A stretch of 64,000 bases of DNA from an uncultured Chloroflexia bacterium. Lineage in GTDB: Bacteria > Chloroflexota > Limnocylindria > Limnocylindrales > CSP1-4. Position 1 is the stretch's first letter; each line of letters begins with the position of its first letter. The notes beneath the pieces are model-generated. The model was not told where the DNA came from, searched no databases, and saw only the letters and a list, made by a program, of their open reading frames with translations. Where the stretch lies: assembly GCA_963746865.1 (NCBI GenBank), contig CAVVDB010000007.1:128846-192845 (forward strand), written 5' to 3'. A program made the position numbers and the translations under genes. This document shows positions 11,382 to 20,743 of this stretch, in pieces.

Positions 11382-11519
11382 CGCGACTCACAGTCTCGTT
11401 TTCGGCCGGAGCGGCGGGTCTGAGGCCTCTAGGCCACGCGAACGTGACCCAGAGTCGCGGATTCGCGCCGAGCAGGCCGAATCCACTGCTTCGACCCGGA
11501 AAACGCGACCCACAGTCGC
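11382..11519. promoter_or_regulatory. three 16-bp palindromic boxes (GCGAC-N5-GTCGC type) at an exact 61-bp period
   Basis: GCGACTCACAGTCTCG at 11382, GTGACCCAGAGTCGCG at 11443, GCGACCCACAGTCGCG at 11504. Located in the 350-bp gap upstream of the PNPOx-like gene and downstream of the wHTH regulator. Confidence 0.4.
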
Positions 11520-11540
11520 GCCGGCCCGCCGGGGAGACCG

Positions 11541-12341
11541 CTAGCGGGCGACCGTCCGGACGACCCCCGACATCAATTTCGTTGCGCGTCGGGCCGCTCC
11601 CGGTGACAGCCGCGAGAGCGCCTCGACCAGGTCGATGACGTCCTGGTCCGGCAGCCCGGCCAGGAGGTCGAACAAGCGAAGGATCGTCGTATCCGGAACG
11701 CGGCCCAGGAGCTGCAACGATCGCTCGAGTTCGCGCGGCTCGACCTGCGGCACGAGCCCGACCGCCCGATCGAACAACCGGACGAACACGAGGAACGCCG
11801 CCAGCCAGTCGCGCAGCGCAGCCAGTTCGGTGTCGCCCGGGTTGGCGGCCAGCGCGGCCGTCGCCTCGCGTTCCTTCTCCTCGAGGACCGCGACGATCGG
11901 ATCACCTTCGCGGACCTTCCGCTCGGCGATGACCCGGCCGAACCACTGCCAGTGGTCCCCGACCGCCAGGTACGCCGCCCCGGCCGGGCCGCGCCGACCC
12001 ACCCGGCGTGGTTCCGGGACCCGCTCCACGATCCCCCACGACTCCGCCTCGGCGAGGGCCAGGCTGGCGGCCCGGTGGCTGAGCCCCAGCGCCTCGCGCA
12101 CTTCGCGCTCGGTCAGCGGCTCCTGGCGGGCCATGAGATAGGCCTGGACGCGGGCGATAGCCGGGGCCACGCCCCACGCCGCGCCCATCTCGCCCCATGC
12201 CTCGGCCAGCTCGATCCGGATCGTCTCGGCCGTCTGACTGGGCAGCGGGCCGTCGACGTCGTCGGCGTGACCGTTCGAGCCGTGCGATTCCGCACCGGCA
12301 GCCATAACGTGCGACTTGACAGTAGCCTGTTTAGCGCTCAT
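11541..12341 (-). CDS. winged-helix (MarR/GbsR-like) transcriptional regulator
   Basis: 266 aa. ARVQAYLMARQEPLTEREVREALGLSHRAASLALAEAESWGIVERV resembles a wHTH. The start may be the second Met (12305), because the first codons lie in a low-GC promoter-like stretch. Confidence 0.55.
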   Translation of the reverse strand: MSAKQATVKSHVMAAGAESHGSNGHADDVDGPLPSQTAETIRIELAEAWGEMGAAWGVAPAIARVQAYLMARQEPLTEREVREALGLSHRAASLALAEAESWGIVERVPEPRRVGRRGPAGAAYLAVGDHWQWFGRVIAERKVREGDPIVAVLEEKEREATAALAANPGDTELAALRDWLAAFLVFVRLFDRAVGLVPQVEPRELERSLQLLGRVPDTTILRLFDLLAGLPDQDVIDLVEALSRLSPGAARRATKLMSGVVRTVAR

Positions 12342-12344
12342 AAC
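12316..12344 (+). promoter_or_regulatory. candidate sigma70-type promoter (TTGACA-N17-CATAAC) for the 12377 gene
   Basis: TTGACA at 12316 with 17-bp spacer, in a locally AT-richer divergent region. Imperfect inverted repeat TGACAGTAGC...GCTATGTCA spans it. Confidence 0.3.
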
Positions 12345-12376
12345 TTGCTATGTCAGAGTAGCACGGAGGATCGGCC

Positions 12377-12943
12377 ATGATCACCGCCAACAGCGTCGAA
12401 CGCTCCTCGCCATCTACGTCACCGGTGGTCTCGTGGGCGACCCGAGCGGATCTGGCCGAGTCCGAGCCTCACGCCTCCAACCCACGCGCATCGTTCCTCG
12501 GGGCGGTGGTCGCTTTGGCGATCTGTGTTGCGATCGGCATCCACGGCGCTCTCGAGGCGTCCGCCGGCTGGCTCGCTGCGGTGATGGGACTTCCGGGTGC
12601 GGTGTTGGGGGGCTGGTACCTCGCACCGCGGGTCGTCAAGGCGAGCCGATGGGGTGCGATCCGAGCCGCAGGCTGGTTGGCGGTGGTCGCTGTCGTGATC
12701 GGGGACGCCGTCACATCGGTGGTCATAGCAGCTTCGATCGTCGCGGGCAGCCTGGCCGACCCGGTGGACTCGTCCGCTGGCCCAGCGACGCCCCTCCTCG
12801 TCTTCGGCACGATCCCGCTGGCGTTCATGCTGTTTGTTGTCGGGCTGGTGGTCTCCGGTTTCGCGCTGGTCATCGCATTCCCGGCTGCGCTCGTCTGGGC
12901 CGTGATCGTTCGGCGGCTCGCCGGGCGCGGATGGGCGCGGTGA
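12377..12943 (+). CDS. hypothetical polytopic membrane protein
   Basis: 188 aa with several hydrophobic helices. GGAGGA lies 6 nt upstream of the ATG. Confidence 0.5.
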   Translation: MITANSVERSSPSTSPVVSWATRADLAESEPHASNPRASFLGAVVALAICVAIGIHGALEASAGWLAAVMGLPGAVLGGWYLAPRVVKASRWGAIRAAGWLAVVAVVIGDAVTSVVIAASIVAGSLADPVDSSAGPATPLLVFGTIPLAFMLFVVGLVVSGFALVIAFPAALVWAVIVRRLAGRGWAR

Positions 12944-13401
12944 CCGCTCGCTGGCGGGGCGCGTTGGCCGGCCTCGTGCCGATGCTGGCGATCGCCCTGC
13001 TGTTCGTCGTCAGCGGCACCGGGGCATCGCCGCTCCAGCTCGCAGGTTCGTTCACGTTGGTGACCGTCGGAACCACGGCCGCCGGTTGGCTCGCCGGACC
13101 CCTTGCCGCGTCGGAACCGCGCAGAATGCTCATCGCCACCCTCGGGTATGCCATCGCCCTCATCGGAGCGATGGTTGCCGGCTCGGTGGTCCAGGGGATC
13201 GTCGAGGTGATCTCCACCGATGGACCCGACCCCGTCGCGATCATCTTCGCGATCATCTTCGGCGTCATCGTCAGGCTCACATACGCGGTCGCTGGGATCC
13301 TCTACTTGATGGGTCCGGCGCTCGCTCTGGGGGCTGCCTGGACCGTGGCGGCACGCGGCCTGATCCAGATCGCCGACAAACGGACAGCATCGAGCGCCTG
13401 A
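12931..13401 (+). CDS. hypothetical polytopic membrane protein
   Basis: C-terminal 156 aa of ORF 12316..13401 from ATG 12931 (MGAVTARWRGALAGLVPMLAIALLFVV...). The upstream part of that ORF overlaps the 12377 gene out of frame. Confidence 0.5.
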   Translation: MGAVTARWRGALAGLVPMLAIALLFVVSGTGASPLQLAGSFTLVTVGTTAAGWLAGPLAASEPRRMLIATLGYAIALIGAMVAGSVVQGIVEVISTDGPDPVAIIFAIIFGVIVRLTYAVAGILYLMGPALALGAAWTVAARGLIQIADKRTASSA

Positions 13402-13404
13402 CGC

Positions 13405-13908
13405 TCACCCGTCGCGGCGGTCGAGCTCCTCGCGGAGGGCGCCCAGGATCTCCAGCTCGATCCGGTCTTTGGGTCGGCCGGCGGCTCGCTTCATGTCCAT
13501 GAGGTCGCCGAGGCCAGCTACGCGAACCTCGATGCCGAAGATCGTGGCGGCGATCGACCGGCTCCGAAGCGTCTCGAAGTCGAGGTGTGGGTCCGGATGG
13601 GCGAGGAGATCGAGATCGCCGAACCGAGTGGACAGCGTGAACACGTCCCCGGCGCGCAGCGCTCGGTGATCGATCGGCGCGACGATGCCGGGCTCGAGGT
13701 TGCGGCGGATCGCCGCGAGGGACTCGAGGGCGTTGCTCAAGCGTTGGAGGTTCTCCCCATCGAGAGCGAAACAGATGTCCACATCACCGGTCAGCGACGG
13801 TGATCCGTGGACCTGCGATGCCAGACCGCCGATCAGGACGAAACGGACGCCGGTCTCATGCAAGGTCCGCAGGATCTCGCCCGCCTGGAGTAGCGGATGC
13901 TCGCTCAT
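13405..13908 (-). CDS. nucleotidyltransferase-fold protein (putative toxin-like partner of the upstream HTH)
   Basis: 167 aa. FVLIGGLASQVHGSPSLTGDVDICF is a minimal NTase G[SG]...D.D-type motif. 4-bp overlap with the HTH gene. Confidence 0.6.
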   Translation of the reverse strand: MSEHPLLQAGEILRTLHETGVRFVLIGGLASQVHGSPSLTGDVDICFALDGENLQRLSNALESLAAIRRNLEPGIVAPIDHRALRAGDVFTLSTRFGDLDLLAHPDPHLDFETLRSRSIAATIFGIEVRVAGLGDLMDMKRAAGRPKDRIELEILGALREELDRRDG

Positions 13909-14231
13909 TCGGCGACTCGCCGGATCGACCGGCGGAGTTCAACGAAGTGCTGGTCGTTCGCGATCGCGACGGCGAGGCGTTCGGACGGTGTCAGCCGGAG
14001 TAGGGCCTGTATCTGCGTGCGATCGATACCGATGCCTAGACGCGGCATCGACTCCAGCCCGTAGCCGCACGCCTCCAGCAACCGATCCAGCGTCCCGGCC
14101 CGCGGGTCGACCCGGCCGCGCTCGATGCGGGCGATCGTCTCCTGCGGGATCCCGGCCTTCGCCGAAAGCTGGCGCTGGGTCAGCTTGGCGCGACCGCGCG
14201 CCTCGCGGACCATTCGACCGGCCATCGACAT
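13905..14231 (-). CDS. XRE-family helix-turn-helix protein (putative antitoxin)
   Basis: 108 aa. LTQRQLSAKAGIPQETIARIERG is a classic XRE HTH. Confidence 0.8.
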   Translation of the reverse strand: MSMAGRMVREARGRAKLTQRQLSAKAGIPQETIARIERGRVDPRAGTLDRLLEACGYGLESMPRLGIGIDRTQIQALLRLTPSERLAVAIANDQHFVELRRSIRRVAE

Positions 14232-14320
14232 CGCAACCTCCTTGATGACGTAAACATCATCAGACCGGCGACGACGAACGTCAAGGCCACCCGCACGTCC
14301 GCGGACCTATCATCGGAACC

Positions 14321-15937
14321 ATGTCCGTCCTGCGCAGCCGGCTCGACCCAACGGCGCCCGAGACGCGCGCGAACCACGACGCCCTGGCCGCCCTGGTCGC
14401 CGACCTTCGCGACCGCCAGACGGCGATCGCCGGCCGCGGCGCCGCGGGCGATGACCGCTCCATCGAACGCCACCGCGAGCGCGGCAAGCTCCCCGTCCGC
14501 GAACGGATCGAACGCCTCCTTGACCCGGGCTACGCCTTCCTGGAACTCAGTCCCCTCGCCGCCACCGGCCTCTACGACGACGATGCCCCGGGCGCCGGGA
14601 TCGTGACCGGCGTCGGCCGGGTGGAGGGCACGACCTGCGTCGTCGTCGCCAATGACGCCACGGTCAAGGGCGGCACCTACTACCCGATGACCGTCAAGAA
14701 GCACCTCCGCGCCCAGGAGATCGCGCTCGAGAACCGGCTGCCATGCATCTACCTGGTCGACAGCGGCGGCGCCTTTCTCCCGCTCCAGGCCGACGTCTTC
14801 CCCGACCGCGACCATTTCGGCCGCATCTTCTACAACCAGGCCCGGATGTCGGCCGCCGGGATCCCGCAGGTGGCCCTGGTCATGGGCTCCTGCACCGCCG
14901 GCGGCGCCTATGTCCCGGCGATGAGCGACGAGACCGTCATCGTCCGCGGCACCGGCACGATCTTCCTCGGCGGACCGCCACTGGTGAAGGCGGCCACCGG
15001 CGAGGACGTGACCCCGGAGGAACTCGGTGGCGCCGAGGTCCACACCAGACGATCTGGCGTCGCCGATCACGAGGCGCTCGACGACGAGCACGCCCTCGCC
15101 CTCGGGCGATCGATCATCTCGAACCTCAACCGCCGAACCCCCGAACCGCCATGGGACCGCCGCACCCCGGAACCGCCCGCGGTCAACCCCGAGGGCGACG
15201 ACGCCACCGCCTCCCTCTATGGCGCCGTCTCGCTCGACTCACGCCGCCCCGTCCCGGTCCGCGAACTCATCGCCCGACTCGTCGACGGCAGCCGTTTCCA
15301 CGAGTTCAAGCCGGTCTACGGCGAGACGCTCGTGACCGGCTTCGCCCACCTCGCCGGCTACCCGGTCGCTATCCTCGCCAACGACGGGATCCTGTTCAGC
15401 CAGTCGGCGCTCAAGGGCGCCCACTTCATCGAGCTTGCCTGCCAGCGCCGGATCCCGCTCGTCTTCCTCCAGAACATCACCGGGTTCATGGTCGGGCGCG
15501 AATACGAGGAGGCCGGCATCGCCAAGGACGGCGCCAAGCTGGTCACCGCCGTCGCCTCCGCCGAGGTCCCGAAGTTCACCGTCCTCATCGGTGGGTCGTT
15601 CGGGGCCGGCAACTACGCGATGGCCGGCCGCGCATACCAGCCGCGCTTCCTGTGGTCGTGGCCCAACGCCCGGATCTCGGTCATGGGCGGGTCCCAGGCG
15701 GCCCGCGTCCTGTCCACGGTCCGCGGCGGCTTCGAGACCGACGACGAGCGCGACGCCTTCGAGGCGCCGATCCTCGAGACCTACGAGCGCGAGGGGTCAC
15801 CCTACTTCGCGACGGCCCGGCTCTGGGACGATGGGGTCATCGACCCGCTCGACACGCGGCGCATCCTGTCGATGGGCATCGAGGCGGCGCTCCATGCGCC
15901 GATCCCCGAGACCCGCTTCGGAGTCTTCCGGATGTGA
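14321..15937 (+). CDS. acyl-CoA carboxylase carboxyltransferase (beta) subunit, methylcrotonoyl-CoA carboxylase type
   Basis: 538 aa. [55 protein letters not shown]. Context includes enoyl-CoA hydratase, biotin carboxylase and HMG-CoA lyase. Confidence 0.9.
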   Translation: MSVLRSRLDPTAPETRANHDALAALVADLRDRQTAIAGRGAAGDDRSIERHRERGKLPVRERIERLLDPGYAFLELSPLAATGLYDDDAPGAGIVTGVGRVEGTTCVVVANDATVKGGTYYPMTVKKHLRAQEIALENRLPCIYLVDSGGAFLPLQADVFPDRDHFGRIFYNQARMSAAGIPQVALVMGSCTAGGAYVPAMSDETVIVRGTGTIFLGGPPLVKAATGEDVTPEELGGAEVHTRRSGVADHEALDDEHALALGRSIISNLNRRTPEPPWDRRTPEPPAVNPEGDDATASLYGAVSLDSRRPVPVRELIARLVDGSRFHEFKPVYGETLVTGFAHLAGYPVAILANDGILFSQSALKGAHFIELACQRRIPLVFLQNITGFMVGREYEEAGIAKDGAKLVTAVASAEVPKFTVLIGGSFGAGNYAMAGRAYQPRFLWSWPNARISVMGGSQAARVLSTVRGGFETDDERDAFEAPILETYEREGSPYFATARLWDDGVIDPLDTRRILSMGIEAALHAPIPETRFGVFRM

Positions 15938-16914
15938 CCGGGGTGGCGCGCCAGCTTCGGAACCTCGCCCTGCGCCGTGATGTCGACTGGTCGCCGTTGA
16001 GACGCGACGAGACTGTCGTCCGTCTCGATATCGACGGGGACGATGACTACCACCGGCGGGCCTCTGCGATGATCGGCGGCCGCATCGATGTCAGGGCGAG
16101 CGTCGGCGACAAGTACGGTCGATCTGGTCCGCGGGACCTCGAGTTCCTCCGTTTCTATCCGCACCTTCGCCAGCTCGACGTGGGTGAGGGCGCGCTGACC
16201 TCGCTGGACGGCCTACGGCACCTGCCCGACGACGTCACCGAGATCTGGATCGGCGCGACGGACAAGCGCATCTCGTTGTCGCCGCTACGCCGGTTCCACA
16301 GCCTGCGGACGCTGTACCTGGAACGACAGCACCGGGACATCGAGGTGATCGGCGAGCTGGCCGCTCTCGAGGACCTGACGCTACGCTCGATCACACTGTC
16401 GGACCTCTCCATCCTGGTGCCGTTGGCTCGGCTTCGGTCACTCGATATCAAGCTGGGCGGAACGACGGACCTTCGACTGTTGCCGAGGATCGGACGGCTT
16501 GCGTACCTGGAGCTCTGGATGATCCGCGGTCTCGAGGACGTCGACGCCATCGGCGAGGTCGTGACCCTGGAGGAGCTCTACCTTCAGGCGTTGAAACGGG
16601 TCACCCGTCTGCCATCGTTTCGCCGCCTGGACCGGCTGCGCAAGGTGACGCTCGAAAGCATGCGCGGGTTGACCGATCTCCGGCCGGTCGCCGAGGCGCC
16701 GAACCTCGAGACGCTCTGGCTGATCGACTTCCGACACGCTGCGCCAGAGGTCATCCGTCCGTTCATCGGGCATCCGGCATTGCGGGAGGGCACCTGGGGG
16801 TTCGGCAGCACCCGGAAGAACTTCGCGGCGCAGGACCTGCTTCCGATCGACCCGGAACTGACCGATCGCGCGGAGTACGAGCGGTTCCTGCGGGAGTTTC
16901 GGAGCCGCGGCTGA
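15934..16914 (+). CDS. leucine-rich-repeat (LRR) protein
   Basis: C-terminal about 326 aa of ORF 14743..16914, from GTG 15934 overlapping the upstream stop. Repeated L..L..L.L units ([64 protein letters not shown]). Confidence 0.7.
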   Translation: MTGVARQLRNLALRRDVDWSPLRRDETVVRLDIDGDDDYHRRASAMIGGRIDVRASVGDKYGRSGPRDLEFLRFYPHLRQLDVGEGALTSLDGLRHLPDDVTEIWIGATDKRISLSPLRRFHSLRTLYLERQHRDIEVIGELAALEDLTLRSITLSDLSILVPLARLRSLDIKLGGTTDLRLLPRIGRLAYLELWMIRGLEDVDAIGEVVTLEELYLQALKRVTRLPSFRRLDRLRKVTLESMRGLTDLRPVAEAPNLETLWLIDFRHAAPEVIRPFIGHPALREGTWGFGSTRKNFAAQDLLPIDPELTDRAEYERFLREFRSRG

Positions 16915-16960
16915 CGGCTCGCACAGCATGGGAGGGTCATGGCTCGGGTAGCATCGGGGC

Positions 16961-17726
16961 ATGCCTCGCGTTAGTCGCCTGAACATCGCGCCGGTCCGGA
17001 GTCTCGGCCTCGAATCGCGCGACGAGATCCTCGTGACCCCCGACGGCGTCGCGGAGGACCGCCGGTTCTTCGTCATCGACGGGGGCAACCGGTTGGTCGA
17101 CCAGCTGATCGCCGGGCCGATGGTCCGCGTCTCGGCCTGGACGAACCCCGAGGCCACGCGCCTGCGGCTGACCTTCCCCGACTTGACCGTCATCGACGAC
17201 GAGGTCCGCCTCGACGGCCCGATCGAGACGCCGATCCACGGCCGGACCGGGGTCGGGCACATCGTCGAGGGACCGTGGGGCGAGGCGCTCGGCGCCTTCA
17301 TCGGCAGGCCGGTCCGCATCGTCCGCTGTGACCGGATCGGCGGGACGCGCGTCGCGAACCCGGCGACCCTTGTCAGCGATGGCTCGCTCGACGCGCTCGG
17401 CGCCGTGCTCGGCGTCGGTGACGTCGACGCGCGCCGGTTCCGGATGCTGATCGAGCTCGAGGGTGGCGGGCCACACGAGGAGGACACCTGGGTCGGTGGC
17501 CGGATCGGCCTCGGCGAGACCGTCCTCGAGATCAGCGCCCCGGTCGCCCGCTGCGCGATGACGACCCACGACCCCGACACGGGACATGCGCGACTACGAC
17601 ACGCTGCGCGCGATCAAGGGCTACCGCGGCCAGGTCGATGGCAAGGACATCATGTTCGGGGTCAAGGCCCAGGTCGTGACCCCGGGCGTCATCCGCCTGG
17701 GCGACGAGGTTCGGGTTCTGGGCTGA
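16961..17726 (+). pseudogene. MOSC-domain protein, one apparent frameshift near 17584
   Basis: MPRVSRLNIAPVRSLG...ISAPVARCAMTTHDPDTG in ORF 16961... The conserved tail RDYDTLRAIKGYRGQVDGKDIMFGVKAQVVTPGVIRLGDEVRVLG is in the next frame and ends with TGA at 17724-17726. Confidence 0.75.
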
Positions 17727-18225
17727 CAGCGAGGGCCGCCCGACCGAGCCGCCGAACGAACACGACCCAGGCGACCGACCCGACCGCGATCAGCGGCGCG
17801 ATCCGGACGGCGGCGGTCACGCCGGCCCGCAGGATGTCGCCGGCCGCCTTCGACCCCTGACCCGGATCACCGGCGAGTTCGACGACGAAGAATGCCCCGA
17901 TCATGGCCGAAGTGACGGCCGCGACCGGGACACCGACGCCGACGGCGAGTCCCGCGCCGGCCGCCGAGGTCCGGGTCCCGAGTGCCGCCGGTGTCAAGCC
18001 GGCCCCGAGCAGTGCGAGCCCGGGCAGGCTGAACAGGGCGATCACGATGCCGTCGACCAGCTCGGCACCCCGGAAGGCGGACGCTAGCGGGGTCACGACG
18101 GTCGCGACGACGACGAGGGCACCGAAGATGATGGCCGAGGCCAGGGCGCCCCAGCGCGCGGCCCGGATCACGAGCAGCCGTCGGCCACTCGGGTCGGGTC
18201 GCCAATTCGGATCCCACGGGCCCAT
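17689..18225 (-). CDS. hypothetical membrane protein
   Basis: 178 aa with 4 hydrophobic segments. Convergent with the MOSC gene and slightly overlapping it. Confidence 0.45.
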   Translation of the reverse strand: MGPWDPNWRPDPSGRRLLVIRAARWGALASAIIFGALVVVATVVTPLASAFRGAELVDGIVIALFSLPGLALLGAGLTPAALGTRTSAAGAGLAVGVGVPVAAVTSAMIGAFFVVELAGDPGQGSKAAGDILRAGVTAAVRIAPLIAVGSVAWVVFVRRLGRAALAVSPEPEPRRPGG

Positions 18226-18326
18226 GGCTCAGCCGTCCGAGAGTGGCTGGCGATCGTCCGCACGCACGACCGGGAGCCTAGCAGAGGATTCCGGGCCATT
18301 CGGCCGGAGCGCGGCCGTAGGATGCG

Positions 18327-19112
18327 GTGGTGAGTGCGCTGCAGCATCAGGCGATCGGGCCGCTGGCGACGTTCGGGGCGGTCCAGCGCGCGGCCGTCCG
18401 GGCCGAGTGGTCCGCCGCCCAGGCTGCCGGGCTCGAGATGCACGTCGTCGACGACGGCCGGATCCTGCTCGGCGCCGCACCGTCCATCGCGGCGAGCCAG
18501 TTCAATCGCGGGCTCGGACTGGCCGAACATCCGGGCCGGGTCGGCGAGGCAGCCGCGTTCTTCGAGGACCACGGCGTCGCCGGTGAGATCGCCGTCGCGC
18601 CGGAGATGGTGCCGAGCGGCGTCGAGCCACGCATCCGACTCGATGTCTACCTTGGCGCCGCGGTCTCGGTGCCGCCTGTCGCCATTGAAGGCTTCGAGAC
18701 GCGGGTCATGGCCGCCGACGAAGCCGGCGCCTGGTTCGATGCCGGGATCGAGGTCTTCGCGCCTGCTCCAGAGGTCGCCACGCTGTGGCGCGCGATGGCC
18801 CCGCACGTGGGCCGAGCTCCGGACTGGCTCCTCCTGGCGGGCGAGCTGGATGGCCGGACGGTGGCCACGGGTTCATTGTTCACGGCGGATGGGGTCGGTT
18901 GGCTGAGCTGGGCATCGGTGGTGCCGGCGGCCCGGGGGCGCGGGATCCAGCGGGCCATGATCGCGGCCAGGGCACGGATGTCAGCCGACCGCGGCTGCGA
19001 ACGCCTCGCCGCCTGGGCGCTCGCCGGCGCGCATTCATCCGACAACCTGGCCCGGGCCGGCCTCGAGCGGATCGGCCAGCGCGTCGTGATCCGGGCGGCG
19101 GATCTCGGTTGA
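18327..19112 (+). CDS. GNAT-family N-acetyltransferase
   Basis: 261 aa. VATGSLFTADGVGWLSWASVVPAARGRGIQRAMIAARA has the Q/R-x-x-G-x-G/A acetyl-CoA motif. Confidence 0.7.
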   Translation: MVSALQHQAIGPLATFGAVQRAAVRAEWSAAQAAGLEMHVVDDGRILLGAAPSIAASQFNRGLGLAEHPGRVGEAAAFFEDHGVAGEIAVAPEMVPSGVEPRIRLDVYLGAAVSVPPVAIEGFETRVMAADEAGAWFDAGIEVFAPAPEVATLWRAMAPHVGRAPDWLLLAGELDGRTVATGSLFTADGVGWLSWASVVPAARGRGIQRAMIAARARMSADRGCERLAAWALAGAHSSDNLARAGLERIGQRVVIRAADLG

Positions 19113-19140
19113 CGGCCCGACGCTGCCGTACGATGCGGTC

Positions 19141-19956
19141 GTGACGCCCTCGTCGGCCACCCTTCGCATCGAGCGCTCCGGGCCGGGCGACGTCGTGGCC
19201 CGCGTGACGCTGTCGCGGCCGGACGTCCACAACGCCTTCGACGCGACGATGATCGCCGACCTCCGGACGACCTTCGCGACGCTTGCCCGGGAGGACCCGA
19301 CCCGGCTCCGGGCGGTCGTGCTGGCCGGCGACGGACCATCGTTCTGTGCCGGCGCGGACCTCGGCTGGATGCGCGCGGCGATGGCCCTCGACACCGAGGG
19401 CAACGAGCAGGACGCGATGGCCATGGCCGACATGTTCGAGACCATCGACACCTGCCCGGTGCCGGTCATCGCGCGGGTCCAGGGCTCGGCGCTTGGTGGC
19501 GGGATGGGCCTGTGCGCGGTCTCGGACCTGGTCATCGCCGAGTCCGGGGCACGGTTCGGGTTCACCGAGACGCGGCTCGGGATCCTGCCGTCGGTCATCA
19601 GCCCGTTCGTGATCGCCAAGATCGGCGAGAGTCACGCCCGGGCGCTGTTCCCCGGTGGCCGGCGCTTCGATGCGACCCGGGCGGCGCGGATCGGGCTGGT
19701 CCACGAGATCGTCGAGGGCGTCGAGGCGCTGGACGCGGCAGTGGAGGTGGCGGTCGCCGACCTGCTCGCGGCGGGCCCGACGGCGGCGCGGGCAGCGAAG
19801 GCGGTCGTCCGCGAGGTGCGCGGGCTGGGCCATGGCTCGGCGAAGTGGCACACGGCGCGCGTCATCGCGAGACAGCGGACGAGCGAGGAGGCCCAGGAGG
19901 GCTTCCGCGCCTTCAGCGAGAAGCGCCGACCGGCCTGGGCCCCCGACCCGGACTAG
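19141..19956 (+). CDS. enoyl-CoA hydratase/isomerase family protein (methylglutaconyl-CoA hydratase by context)
   Basis: 271 aa. RPDVHNAFD, FCAGADLGWM, GSALGGGMGL, FTETRLGILP crotonase signatures. Confidence 0.85.
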   Translation: MTPSSATLRIERSGPGDVVARVTLSRPDVHNAFDATMIADLRTTFATLAREDPTRLRAVVLAGDGPSFCAGADLGWMRAAMALDTEGNEQDAMAMADMFETIDTCPVPVIARVQGSALGGGMGLCAVSDLVIAESGARFGFTETRLGILPSVISPFVIAKIGESHARALFPGGRRFDATRAARIGLVHEIVEGVEALDAAVEVAVADLLAAGPTAARAAKAVVREVRGLGHGSAKWHTARVIARQRTSEEAQEGFRAFSEKRRPAWAPDPD

Positions 19957-19992
19957 GTCGAAGCGGCGGTCACCGACGCCCCGCGACGCCCC

Positions 19993-20107
19993 GCATGCAT
20001 CCTGCTCATGTGAATCGACGTGAACGAGCGTGGCCATCCCCGACTTCTGTCGGAATCGAGGCACCGCCAAGCGTGCAAGACGCCGATCTCATGAGTCAGA
20101 TGCATGT
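19993..20107 (-). repeat. family A palindromic repeat, copy 3 (core 19995-20105, 111 bp)
   Basis: ATGCATCCTGCTCATGTGAATCG...GATCTCATGAGTCAGATGCAT. Lies between the hydratase 3' end and the sigma factor 5' end. Confidence 0.9.
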
Positions 20108-20215
20108 CGCGCTCGCCGGCGGGCATCTTCGGCCGCGACTCACCCGTTTCGCCATCCCCGCGCATCTATCCGGCATGCAGATCTCGAGGGACGCCGAACC
20201 AGTCGAGCGTCGGCC

Positions 20216-20743
20216 GTGACGGTCGAGGCGCTTCGTCGCGGCGAGCCGGATGTCCTGGCCACCCTCCTCGACCAATTCGGCGGGGAGATCCAGGGCGTCG
20301 CCTACCTGATCCTCCGTGACCGAGCCGCCGCCGAGGACGTCCTGAGTGAGACGCTGCTGACCGCCCTGGCCCGCGGCGCCTCGCTTCGCGACCCGGATGC
20401 CCTTCGGCCGTGGCTCCTCCGGATCGCCACGAACATCGCGCTCGGCCAGCGTCGGAAGGGCGGCCGGGTGATCGAGCTGCACCTCGTCGCCGAGCCGACG
20501 GCACCCCGACCCGGCCTCGACCCCGACGACCGCGCAGCCCTCTGGCAGGGCGTGTCGGGCCTGGCCCCGAAGATGCGCGCCGCGGTCGTCCTGCGGTACT
20601 ACGCCGACCTGCCCGTCGAGGAGGTGGCGACGGCCCTCGGCGTCAGCCCCAACACCGTCAAGACCCAGTTGAAGGCCGCCCTCGCCCACCTCCGCACCGC
20701 GCTCTCGGAACCGCCGGCACTCGCGGAGGTGCGACATGCGTGA
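20216..20743 (+). CDS. ECF-type sigma-70 family RNA polymerase sigma factor
   Basis: Region 2 (AEDVLSETLLTAL, RPWLLRIATNIAL) and region 4 (VVLRYYADLPVEEVATALGVSPNTVKTQL). GTG 20216 chosen because the ORF upstream of it is translated from the repeat. Confidence 0.85.
   Translation: MTVEALRRGEPDVLATLLDQFGGEIQGVAYLILRDRAAAEDVLSETLLTALARGASLRDPDALRPWLLRIATNIALGQRRKGGRVIELHLVAEPTAPRPGLDPDDRAALWQGVSGLAPKMRAAVVLRYYADLPVEEVATALGVSPNTVKTQLKAALAHLRTALSEPPALAEVRHA

Noticed and set aside
20030-20215. N-terminal 62-aa extension of the ECF sigma ORF
   Set aside because: The extension is translated from family A copy 3. Sigma region 2 similarity begins only after GTG 20216.
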